Below, piece after piece: positions 51,743 through 63,202 of a stretch of 64,000 bases of DNA. Below the pieces are notes generated by a model that saw only the letters and a list, made by a program, of their open reading frames with translations, did no database searches and was not told the origin of the DNA. The position numbers and the translations under genes were made by a program. Within the stretch, counting starts at the first letter, position 1. Each line of letters opens with the position of its first letter. The stretch covers positions 97,464,001 through 97,528,000 of the forward strand of contig NC_043004.1 in the NCBI RefSeq assembly GCF_006345805.1, given 5' to 3'. The stretch comes from Octopus sinensis (Eukaryota).

Positions 51743-51790
<48 letters not shown>

Positions 51791-52395
51791 GCAATCTCTC
51801 TCTTTCTAAATCTATCTTTCTCCCACACATATACACATTAACACATACATACACAGATACATGATCTTTATATTTCATAACAGACAATTTAACACTGATA
51901 AGTTTGGTGTTTTGTTTTTTTATCAGATGTGATATAATATAAATCTATATTGCAGTATATCACTAGTCAACCTGTAGACTTATCCACAATGAATATAATG
52001 CGATTAAGATATTATATATAAGTTTGTATATATATTTTCAGTAAACCATAAATCTGAAAGAGAGGCACAGTCTGAGATATAGAGCAGTAGAGTATTTAGA
52101 TGAAGGTAGTTATGGCTGGTCTAAGGGGTTACCCAGGGTTTCACATCCATGAAGCACTTAGCTTTACAGTGTCTTCTCGGAACCTAATGGCCAGTGGCCT
52201 ATAACCACTTCGTGGGTAATCCCATAGGCCTACCATAACTATCTTTATCGACATATATATGTGTGCGTGTGTAGAAGGCAGAATGATCTTGCTGTCGCCT
52301 CAAGTGTGAATGAGAACCAAAGAACCAAATGAATGAATGTATGTTTAATGAATGAATCTATGTTTAACTGGTAGGTTTCATGGAGATATAGACGA

Positions 52396-52400
<5 letters not shown>
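50421..52400 (+). repeat. Near-perfect tandem duplication of a unit of about 1.0 kb
   Basis: 50421-51395 versus 51439-52396; differences limited to microsatellite lengths and one 1-bp homopolymer indel; (TA)n at each boundary. Confidence 0.95.
51101..51245. other. Imperfect inverted repeat (34-bp arms, 77-nt loop); copy at 52102-52246
   Basis: 51101-51134 versus 51212-51245: 27 of 34 Watson-Crick pairs, 31 of 34 if G-U is allowed on the + strand. Confidence 0.7.
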
Positions 52401-52442
<42 letters not shown>

Positions 52443-53165
52443 CATAATTTACAAAATAAGGGCAGAAGAAAAATTCTAATGCCAGATACGGCGAAACAAA
52501 AAATTGTCAATAACCATTAAATTTATGCGTCTCGAAACAAACTGATAGAAATCACTAAAAAATTCATTATTACCGTATTGGTCCAATTTCGGGGTTAATT
52601 CACAAGAAACTTTCCCCTCTTCAGCGGCACATACGCAAGATATAAATGAAATACTTATTCATACCCACGGAAGAAGCAAGCACCAAGTCCCGAGCAAACT
52701 TAAGTACCCCAAATATATCCAAAATAGAAAAATCTTCAGCGCAACTCGAGACACGTGTGATTCCAACTAGAATCTTTCACAGAATGAGAGAATCTGGAAG
52801 TGAACACTAATCTATTCATAATTGATATAGGATAAAATTTTTTATCACACACTAACTAAACATAGACAAACACATAGAGATATACACATGCGCAAATGAA
52901 GACACATACAATAGAAACACAAAATACAAAATGGCTGAGCGTTAGTAAGGAGAGACACACAAATAAGAAAGAAGAAAGCAAAGGACCACTGATATAGTCA
53001 CAGGAGTGTGACGAAAGAACTCTGGCCAAAATAAGATTAAGATTAATGTAAAAAATAAATAACACTGAAGCAAAGTAACACCAAATATATAGTGCGTGTG
53101 TTTTTATTGGCTAAACTGGCAAAATGACCATTCCTAAATACAACAATATATATATATATATATAT

Positions 53166-53683
53166 TGGACACTAAACTCTGCTTGTGAGAACCTGTTGAG
53201 GCAAGTGAAATCGAAATCAAATTCGATGACTGGCATCGGTGCTAATGAAGCACTAAGAGCACCATCTGAGCATGATTGTTGCAAGAGCAGCTAACTGGCT
53301 TCCATGCCGGTGGCACTTGAAAAACACCATTCCAGCGTCATCGTTGCCGGCATCGCCTTACTGGCACTTGTGCCAGTGGCACATGAAAAAACATTCGAGC
53401 AAGGTCATTGCCAGTGCTGCTGGACTGGCTCCTGTGCATGTGGCACGAAAACACACCATTTGAGCACTGCCGTTGCCAGTGCCGCCTGACTGGCCCTCAT
53501 ACCGTTGGCATGTAAAAGCAGCCACTACACTCTTGGAGTGGTTGGTGTTAGGAAGGGCATCCAGCAGTAGAAACTCTGCCAGGTCAGATTGGAGCCTAGT
53601 GCCGCCATCTGGTTTGCCAGTCCTCAGTCAAATCATCGAATCCATGCTAGCATGGAAAGCAGACATTAAACGATGATGATGAT
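53166..53683 (+). mobile_element. RTE LINE 3'UTR
   Basis: Homologous to 12957-13463; (TA)n on both flanks. Confidence 0.9.
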
Positions 53684-54061
53684 ATATATATAGGGTTTTT
53701 AAAGTTATCTATCAAAATGGTACTCATGTAGCTAAAAAATTCATTATGTCAATAAATGTTGCAATATTATTATGGTTTCCTGTTAAATATATACTCAACG
53801 AATGCTTAATATGTATCATTACCCTTCACTTTCTGAAAAAAATGTCTAGATGGGGTTTTTTCATTCAAAAGCTATCAGCATGGTTTACCCAAAACCTGAA
53901 GAATCTGAAATAAAAAAGAAAGGACATTACACAGAATAATGGAAACATAATGATGTTGCTATAGTGTGCAAACCAGTTTGGAAAAGTTTTCTCAAAATCG
54001 ATTCACAGAAAACCTAGCAATCCTAAATTTCACTCCTAAGTTGGCCCTGGTTGTATGTGTG

Positions 54062-54067
54062 TATATA

Positions 54068-54154
<87 letters not shown>

Positions 54155-54160
54155 ACATAT

Positions 54161-54219
<59 letters not shown>

Positions 54220-54220
54220 T
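54062..54220. repeat. (TA)n(GATA)n microsatellite
   Basis: Directly visible. Confidence 0.95.
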
Positions 54221-54567
54221 TGCTTCATGTACTTGAATGGGTTGATGTCTTTTTACCATTTCTTCATTATATTCCAATGAATACATCCCAATTTTTGTGG
54301 AGCATATTATTTTTCTATGAATTCTTGGTTCCTTTTTTCAAAGATGAATTGTGTTTCAGATGAGATGACAGAATAATGTAGAAAGTATTTTGGATGGCTT
54401 TTGACATATAACGTCTAGCATTCTTCAGACATGCAAATATGGGGTTATAGGAATGTTTTTTTTTTTCCCCTTTTTAGTGATACTGGTAATATTAAAATAA
54501 ATTGCTTCGAGCTGGGATTGAAATCAGATCACAATGACAGCTCAATAGGATCTTACTATTTTGCTTC

Positions 54568-54610
<43 letters not shown>

Positions 54611-54885
54611 GCAGAGCAAAATATATTTTGTTGATTGCTGTAAGAGGTAACAATTTACTGCAGAGGAAAAATATATATTTGAAAGAATGATTGAGTTGCC
54701 TCAAATAAATAACCGGGTTTTATTCCATAATTGTGTACTGAACAATAAGTCCATTATGATACAATCTGAAAGCAACATTCTAATGCTCTAAAATAACATA
54801 AATATGTAAATCAAAATTAGTTTTAAAGAAGAAAAATATCCTTAGAAATAATTAAAAATTGATTCCAAGAGAATTGTGATATGTA

Positions 54886-54962
<77 letters not shown>

Positions 54963-55068
54963 TGGTAGATAGATAGCTAGATAGATAAATAGATAGACAA
55001 ATGATTTCAGAGAGAGATAAGAAAAAGATGCATATGTAAATGGACACACACACACACTCATATATATA

Positions 55069-55117
<49 letters not shown>

Positions 55118-55675
55118 ACATAAATTCACACACACACACACACACCTTACTGTTCCATTCAGGTAAGATCAACAAAGAAAGTACTCCATCCCAGGAAAGA
55201 TAAATAAGAAATGCAACTTATGTGTAGCTGAAAGATAACACTTTTTTTTTTTTATATATGCTAGAATTCCACAACACTGCATAAATCCAGATTCAAAATT
55301 TTCAGGAAAAGCAAGCATATGGACAAATTTCTTTTGTTGAAATGGAGTACAAGACCGACCTTCTATGCATTGAATGATGTCTCATAGATTTTGAACTCCA
55401 TTCCGTTGAATTATTCTGCACCAGACTGTTTGATTATGATTTTTACAAAGGGAATCTAATTCCAATTTCCTTTCTTTCTTTCCTTTCTTTTTCCATTTTT
55501 ATTCACCCTTTGTTTTCCCATTTCACATTTTGCATCAGCTTTCTTCACATTCTTGTTTTCCTTGTTTCTCGTGTATCTGTGCCCTGCTTTTCAAATGGAA
55601 CAAGCCATGTGCTCAACGCCTGAAGATTACTTGGAAACACCAAACACATTATATAAACCAGCCATAATGTTTCTT

Positions 55676-56320
55676 AATGGAAGTGACTGTGTGGTACGAA
55701 GGTTTCTTCCAGCCACATGCTTCTGGGTTCAGTCCCACTGTGTGGCACCTTGGACAAGTGTCTTCTACGCAAGGCTTTGGGCCAAGCAAAGCCTTGTGAG
55801 TGGATTTGGTAGATGGAAACTGAACGAATCCTGTCATATATGTGTGCGTGTCTGTCTGTGTTTATTTATGCTTGTATGTAAGTTTTTGCATATATGTTTC
55901 TTCTCTACCTATTTCTTTATTACCCACAAGGGGCCAAACACATAGGGGACAAACAAGGACAGACATAGGTATTAAGTCGATTACATCGACCCCAGTGCGT
56001 AACTGGTACTTAATTTATCGACCCCGAAAGGATGAAAGGTAAAGTCGACCTTGGCGGAATTCGAACTCACAACGTAACGCAGACGAAATACCGCTAAGCA
56101 TTTCGCCCGGCGTGCTAACGTTTCTGCCAGCTCGCCGCCTTATGTTTCTTCTCTACCACCACTTGACAACTGATGTTGGTGTGTTTCCTTCTATATAACT
56201 TAGCAGTTCTGCAAAAGATACTGACAAAATAAGCACCAGGCTTTACAAAAAATTTCAGTTAAAATTCTTCAAATCGGTGCCCCAGCATGGTTGCAATCCA
56301 ATGGCTGAAATAAGTAAAAG
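55676..56320 (+). mobile_element. SINE family A split by SINE B
   Basis: Head at 55676; the 3' half resumes at 56141. Confidence 0.75.
55909..56140 (-). mobile_element. SINE family B, full length, near consensus
   Basis: 17-bp tatgtttcttctctacc at 55893-55909 and 56141-56157 (target-site duplication). Confidence 0.92.
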
Positions 56321-56811
56321 ATATATACACACACACACATGCTTACACATACACACTCTATAAAGTGGTTGGCATTATGAAGGACGTGCATCAAAAGCAG
56401 GCAGGGACATATAAATTTCTCTTCAGATTTGTTTGATTGTGTGAAACTGTCTGACCCATACTAGCATAGAAGATGATGTTTAATTATTATTATTATTATT
56501 ATTATTATCATTATTATTATTATTATGAGATATACAGAGGGAGAGAGATGGAGGGAGGGAGAGAGAGAGAGAGAGCAGGATAGATAAATGACTGTGTAAA
56601 AACCCTTCTCTGATAATCTCTACAAAAAGTGAAATATTGAAAAAAAGTGCAAAAATGGGAGGGGGGCAGAAAAGAATTTTTTAAATGGGTAAGAGAGAGA
56701 GAAACAGAATATGGCATATATATTCCCATTATTATTATTTTTTTATTTTTTTATTTTATTTTTTTATTATTTTTTTTTTTTTTTTATATTTCCTTCTCCA
56801 TTTTTTCCTAG

Positions 56812-56915
56812 AAAGCTCATTGCTGATTTTGACAGGATATGTCAGGCCTGTCTTTGTATTGTTTTACAGAGCTGTTTCACCAATCTGTCAACATTTCTGA
56901 AGACAGAAACCATGT
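56812..56915 (+). CDS. Putative internal coding exon of an unidentified gene (104 nt, phase 2 to 1)
   Basis: Polypyrimidine tract of about 80 nt ending cctag; open frame KLIADFDRICQACLCIVLQSCFTNLSTFLKTETM; donor T/gtaaat; in phase with the next exon. Confidence 0.5.
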
Positions 56916-57381
56916 GTAAATATTATTTACAGATAATGCATATCCATCCTTCCAGTTACTTCTTTTTCTTATTTTCATTCCATTTTAATATTTTATTTGT
57001 TGTATCTTGTATTATTTCTTTTGTCTTTCTTACCTTGCGTTTTTTTTTTCTCCTCTAAATAGCTAAATATGGCAAATTTTTTAGAGACAAGGCATTGGAT
57101 AGCAAAAGAAGTAGTTTTCATGTATAATATATCATTGTATTTTAGAGAATGTGTGAGTGTGAGTGTGAGAATGTATGTGTGAATATTACTTTTATGCATA
57201 TGGTTTGCATTATAATCATCGTATTGTCTCTGTTCTCTTCCCCACAATCTCTCTCTCCCTCTCTCCTCTCTCTCTCTCTATCTCTCTCTCTCTCTATCTC
57301 TCTCTCTTTCTCTCTCCTATATATTACAGTAGTGTACAACTCGTATCTGAGAAATGAGCAACTTACCTTTTTTATTTTCAG

Positions 57382-57448
57382 TATCTGGATGGAGAGTTAT
57401 GCCCATAGCTATCATAAGCTCTCCAAGACTGGCGAGATTAAAATATAG
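57382..57448 (+). CDS. Putative internal coding exon (67 nt, phase 1 to 2)
   Basis: cttac branch-like site plus cttttttattttcag acceptor, AG/gtaatg donor; the only fully open frame is SGWRVMPIAIISSPRLARLKY. Confidence 0.55.
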
Positions 57449-57715
57449 GTAATGATATATATTTTCAAGTTGACAGTTGCTGAAAAATATTGGCACAGAC
57501 AGGGTGTTTCAAAGGGCTGGATAAGCTCATGAGAAATAAAACTTGGTATGCAGATTAATACCAGCCTTGGAATCAAAATATTGACTCAGTATTGGTATAT
57601 ATATATATATCAATAATAACAAAGGATAAAATTAGTTAATTAAGAAGTAATCAATAAATTTCAGCAAGTAGAATTCGGTATGAAAACAGGACCGTTACAC
57701 GGTAAATTTTAGTAA

Positions 57716-57850
57716 TACTAATAAAAGGGTTCAGCAAAGAATTGCCTCACCACACACCAAAGTTCAGAAATAGCAGCCAAAAATCTTAGCCATTTCTTCT
57801 AGAAGAACTTCGGTGTGTGGTGAGGCAATTCTTTGCTGAACCCTTTTACT

Positions 57851-57854
<4 letters not shown>
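57716..57854. mobile_element. Small hairpin MITE (50-bp arms)
   Basis: 57716-57765 versus 57805-57854 with 2 mismatches; 39-bp loop; TA at the ends. Confidence 0.85.
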
Positions 57855-57904
<50 letters not shown>

Positions 57905-57958
57905 TGTATGTATGTATGTATATATGTATGTATGTATGTATGTATATAGGTATGTATG

Positions 57959-57992
<34 letters not shown>

Positions 57993-57996
57993 TGTA
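57855..57996. repeat. (TA)n(TATG)n microsatellite
   Basis: Directly visible. Confidence 0.95.
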
Positions 57997-58140
57997 TCAT
58001 CTGGTGGTGCTGAGTTGACAGACAAGTGTCTCTATGTCAACTGGAATTTCATTTTCAATCAGAACAAAACATTGTCTGAAGGCTGCTTGAAAATTTATGA
58101 AAGGAATTTCAAAGGGCCTAAAGTTCTTGGGAAAAGAGAC

Positions 58141-58350
58141 TTAACCATTTAATTTTCAGATTACTCTGTCAAATAATAATGCTTATCTATTAACATTCTT
58201 TTGAATTAATCATGCATAATTTTTTAGCTTCAAGATTTCAATGATGTGATTGTTTTATTCTTGCAGGGGAGGTGTGAGAGTTTGAGTCTGGCTGGTTTGA
58301 ACATATAGCAAGAAGAATATTTGTGTTAGAAATGGCTGATTTAAATACAA
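58141..58350. mobile_element. Degenerate piggyBac-like MITE
   Basis: Body matches 31329-31558 (cagattactctgtcaaat...gaattaatcatgc). Confidence 0.7.
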
Positions 58351-58357
58351 AAGATTT

Positions 58358-59105
58358 ATGGCTCATTGGTTAGAGTGTCAGGCTTACAACCATGACTTTT
58401 CTCTTGGGGCACTCACACTCTGTTGTGTATGCACACTGACATTACACATCCAGCAGATCATATCAGCTTCATTTCTATATATATGTATATATATTGAGAA
58501 TAAGGAGAATGAAGAATTTGAAAGTTCAGACTTAAGATCCACAAAGATCAGAACTTATCTGCAGCTCTTGGTGGTCCAAATTGGATATGCAATCTATGTG
58601 GGTGTCTTTTCAAAATATTGTCTGGTTTAAAAAGCCACATCAGATGCCATGATTGTTCTAAGGTGTAGGTACAGGAGGTGGTCAAACCTTCTGGCATGCA
58701 TTGCATTGAAAGGTGTGCACAGTCATATAGGCAGAATAGTTGGTGAAGGTTCGTTTTCCATGGGTTGGTAAATGAGATTTGAGCCCAGCGAAAGGAAGGC
58801 ATGGGCTGCCACAAATTGCGCACACTAAAAGATCATGACTAGGCTGTGTGTTGTAAGCTTGAGCAAGAAACTTTATTTCACATTGTTCCAGTTGACTCAG
58901 TTGCAGAAATGAGTCGTGATATCACTGGTGTCAAGCTGTATTGGCCTTTTTCCATTCCCTTGGGTAACATTAGTAGTTTAGAGAGAGGAGGCTGGTATGT
59001 CTAGGCAACTGCTTGTCATCTATAAAAAGCCTTGCCCAGACTTGTGCCTCGGAGGGGAATTTTCTAGGTGCAATCCCATGGTCATTCATGACTGAAGTGG
59101 GTCCC
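58358..59105 (+). mobile_element. tRNA-derived SINE split by the C2H2-bearing insert (head 58358-58402, body about 58837-59105)
   Basis: tggctcattggttagagtgtcagg head; the body resumes at ggctgtgtgttg...ttgagcaagaaactttatttcac. Confidence 0.65.
58531..58836. pseudogene. Triple-C2H2 coding fragment, internally inverted (58531-58687 on +, 58683-58836 on -)
   Basis: Minus part: LVCAICGSPCLPFAGLKSHLPTHGK...FQCNACQKV. Plus part: LKIHKDQ...ICNLCGCLFKILSGLKSHIRCHD...*. Confidence 0.8.
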
Positions 59106-59340
59106 TTTTTTTTTAGTGTAGGCTTTGGAGAATGGACACAGTATAGCTGTATGTATTTTGTAGACGTTGAGTGAGCAGTATCCTGAGCTCACTGATTGAT
59201 TGTCAATCTGTCTGGTGGTATTGACCTAGAGGTTCACTTATTTTAGTTGTATATATTTACTAGTCACAGTTTATAGACATTAACTAGGGTATGACTGTAT
59301 AGTTATCAATAAATACTTACATAGTGTTTAAATGTGTGTG

Positions 59341-59533
59341 TGTATATATGTATATAGGCATTGTCTGTTTGATGGGACAGTATATACAACATCAATAGAC
59401 TGTGACAGTGTTCCTGAGATCTATATCTACATTACACTAATTGATATCAACAAACCCTGCTAGTCTGACAGGGGACACCCCACCCCTGTCATCACAGACA
59501 CCATCGTCACATGTACACACACAAACATATCTG
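59341..59533 (+). repeat. 193-bp segment paralogous to 61941-62133
   Basis: About 13 mismatches by eye. Confidence 0.88.
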
Positions 59534-59868
59534 AACACACACATACACACAAACACATCTGTCTATGCACACATAAACACACACACATGAATATACACCT
59601 ACACACTTATACACTAAAGTAAAATAAAAGAAAGTGAATAAAGACAGCAAAGTGTGTTTATTAAACCATTTATTCATTGAATGAAATCTACCTCAGAAAT
59701 TAACTATTTACTATTCATTGAAATGAGTTGTTTTTTGACTTCTTTTCTTAAGGATGCATTAGTTTTAAATTACATTTTCCTATTCACAGCTCTTTGAAAT
59801 AAACTTTAGTCTGAGTGTTTTTTATTTACATTTTTTTATATGTTTTCTGAATAGGATTGTTAGCTTAG

Positions 59869-59948
59869 TGATTTAGAATACAGTGTTTGTTTACCGCCAC
59901 TTTCTCCACCATACCCCAGAGAGTCCATAGTGTTTAGTATCAATCGTG
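59869..59948 (+). CDS. Putative internal coding exon (80 nt, phase 2 to 1; alternative acceptor at 59864)
   Basis: Strong donor GTG/gtaagt; open frame DLEYSVCLPPLSPPYPRESIVFSINR; the acceptor gcttag keeps phase with 57448 but has competing upstream AGs. Confidence 0.45.
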
Positions 59949-61000
59949 GTAAGTTCTTTGAAGAACTCAATCCATTTCATGGCATTCTTTTTTACCATCC
60001 AATAAAACGTTATTCCTCTGAGACTAAATCAATCATAAAATTAAAGCTGGGTGTGTTTAATAATTTTCTTTCTTTCCTTCTTTAAATACATACATACATG
60101 TGTTTGTGTGTGTATTTATATATATTTATGTATATATATATATTTATATATGTGTGTGTATGTAAATACACACATACATACACACACGCACATATATACA
60201 AACATATATAATTTGATATATATGCACACACTTATGCTCACACAAAACACTTTTGCATCATCTTTATTGATACTTCTAGAATTCTAGAGGTTGGATGATT
60301 ATACAAATTTAGAGATTTTTCTGGAGCTACTGAAGCGTGCAATGATTTAAATTATATAAGTCTTCCTGAGAGGACTGCATTCAACATTTCTAAAATGAGT
60401 GAGAACCCAACCTCTCTATTTTGACTCCCACTTCACATATTAATAGTAAATTCTATTCATAATAAATTATTGAACTAGATTTAGTCAAATATTTACCTGA
60501 AGACTAACAAAGAATTACACAGAATTTGCTATGCCACCATTAATACTATATTAAAAAGAGACATTTGTTCAGCTCTAATGTTCTTAATATCTATAGTGTT
60601 AAACGTGGTGATCAGGAAAAATATTCAATAAGTTAATTCACATTATTTTGAGGCTAAATAATGTTAAGTAACCCTTGATGTTTTTTTTTTCAATTAGTAT
60701 ACTTGAATCTATTGTAGCCGTTTCTAATATTAAGAGACATTAGAAATAATCAGTTGTATTTTTATGTTATATAATTATATGGTTAACACATTTTTATAGT
60801 TAAATTTTTAATATAATCTTAATTGTTTGGTAATTAATTTCTTCAGTGAGCATTTCACATTCAGTTCAACTGTTCTTCAGAAATAAATGTCATGAGTACA
60901 GATTTTTCTGAACAACAGGACCAACTCTTACATGAAAAATTATATATATATATATAAATATATATATAAAGAGAGAGAGAGAAGGAGAGGTATGCACATA

Positions 61001-61401
61001 TATACTCTTTTACTTGTTTCAGTCATTTGACTGCGACCATGCTGGAGCACCGCCTTTAGTCGAGCAACTCGACCCCGGGACTTATTCTTTGTAAGCCCAG
61101 TACTTATTCTATCAGTCTCTTTTGCCGAAACACTAAGTGACGGGGACATAAACACACCAGCATCGGTTGTCAAGCAATGCTAGGGAAACAAACACAGATA
61201 CACAAACGCACACACACATATATATATATACATATATACGACGGGCTTCTTTCAGTTTCTGTCTACCAAATCCACTCACAAGGCTTTGGTCAGCCCGAGG
61301 CTATGGCAGAAGACACTTGCCCAAGATGCCACGCAGTGGGACTGAACCCAGAACTATGTGGTTGGTAAGCAAGCTACTTACCACACAGCCACTCCTGTGC
61401 C
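61001..61401 (-). mobile_element. SINE family A, full length
   Basis: Canonical structure. Confidence 0.92.
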
Positions 61402-61430
61402 TATATATATACATATATATATATACATAC

Positions 61431-61461
<31 letters not shown>

Positions 61462-61482
61462 ATATATGCATTTATATTTACT

Positions 61483-61522
<40 letters not shown>

Positions 61523-61540
61523 GTGGTTATCTAATAATGC

Positions 61541-61884
61541 AGAGTTTGACCACCTCCTGTACCTACACCGTTGAGCCATCATGGCATCTGATGTGGCTTT
61601 TTAAACCATTCAATGTTTTGAAAAGACACCCACATAGATTGCATATCCGATTGGGACCGCTAAGAGCTGCAGATAAGTTCTGATCTTTGTAGATCTTAAA
61701 ATGTCTTTTGATGCCTCTGTTAGATTTGCAAACCTTCTGGTATACATTGCATTGAAAGGTGTATACAGGCATATAGGCAGAATAGTTGGTGTGGAGATTC
61801 GTTTTCCATGGGTTCACAAATGAGATTTGAGCCCAGTGAAAGAAAGGCATGATCTGTTACAAACTTTGCACACAAAAAGATCAT
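61541..61884 (-). pseudogene. Triple-C2H2 coding fragment, probably a retroelement ORF C-terminus
   Basis: FVCKVCNRSCLSFTGLKSHL*THGK, frameshift, then FQCNVYQKVCKSNRGIKRHFKIY and ICNLCGCLFKTLNGLKSHIRCH; stop 61563-61565; no TGEKP linkers. Confidence 0.75.
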
Positions 61885-62754
61885 TGTGATTCACCTTCTT
61901 GATTTTAACATTCTTCCTTAAATCTTTCTTGAGTCTTGCATGTATATATGTATATAAGCATTGTCTGTTTGATGGGACAATATATTCAACGTCAATAGAC
62001 TGTGACAGTGTTCCTGAGACCTATACCTATATTACACTAATTGATATCAACAAACCCTGCTAGTCTGACAGGGGCCACCCCAACCCCGTCATCACAGAAA
62101 CCATTGTCACATGTACACACACAAGCATATCTGCACATGCACACACATACAAACATATCTGCATGCACACACACACACACACACATGCACACACACACAT
62201 GCACACACACACATGCACACACACACATGCACACACACACACACACATGCACACAAACACACGCACACACACACACATTTTCCTGGTCTCTTCAAATGCT
62301 TTCACTCCACTCCACACTTTTGTTCACCATCCAGCATAATTCTTTAATTTTTTATCCCAAGTTTGAGTGGTCAGTGACTAAGATGAACACCTTCATTCTG
62401 CTGTATATAGACTAAAGAAAGTATATGGTCATCCAACTGTGTAAAATGACGAAATAGCTTTTCACAGAATAGTCAAATGGAAAAATGTACTTGGAGAAGA
62501 GATAAGTATGCCCAGCAAGGTTATCTGTCAATTGAAATACACAACATGCTCCTAAGACCATGTTAGATTTAAGATTCTGAAAACACCTGTGCTTGTCCCT
62601 CTATATTACTTTAACCTTTCAAAATCCAGTATTAATCTACCTTCCCCTCTTGAATATTCCCCATTTGATAATGTCAGCTTTTACCTTTACCTCTCACAGT
62701 TCTTCTTCTACCTTGCAAGTTACCTGGTTAACCCCACTATTTCTAGTGGCACGA

Positions 62755-62945
62755 AAAATAGCATCCAGTACACTGTGTAAAGTGGTTGGCATTAGGAAGG
62801 GTATCCAGCTGTAGAAGCCATGCCGAAAGTTCACTGGATTTTGTCAAATCATCCAATCCATGCCAGCACGGAAAGCGGATGTTAAGGGATGATGAAGACG
62901 ACGACGACGACGACGATGATGATGATGGTGACAATGATGATGATG
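62755..62945 (+). mobile_element. RTE LINE terminal 3'UTR
   Basis: gtggttggcattaggaagggtatccagctgtagaa...(GAC/GAT)n tail. Confidence 0.8.
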
Positions 62946-63039
62946 CATGAAAACTTTAGTTTTAGATAGATTAATACAATTTAACATCAGCATATGGCTA
63001 CAACTAATCCATCACTTGGTGAATAAATACTACTTATAA

Positions 63040-63040
63040 A

Positions 63041-63106
<66 letters not shown>

Positions 63107-63123
63107 ATATAATACATATTTAT

Positions 63124-63186
<63 letters not shown>

Positions 63187-63202
63187 TATATAATATATAT
63201 AT
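63040..63202. repeat. (TA)n tract
   Basis: Directly visible; the RTE 5' end is joined to it. Confidence 0.95.

Noticed and set aside
53889-53904. 16-nt minus-strand microexon candidate
   Set aside because: Good acceptor but isolated, not a multiple of 3 and opposite to the better-supported + strand model
55151-55227. Minus-strand AG/GT-bounded segment
   Set aside because: Stop codons in all three frames
55260-55480. Minus-strand LAFPENFESGF resembling a hAT dimerisation motif
   Set aside because: A single short motif with no supporting flanking similarity
57367-57479. Antisense candidate exon (NCQLENIYHYLYFNLASLGELMIAMGITLHPDTENKK) with a perfect gtaagt donor, overlapping the + exon
   Set aside because: No phase-compatible partner exons found on the minus strand, whereas the + exon links to neighbours on both sides; not fully excluded without RNA data
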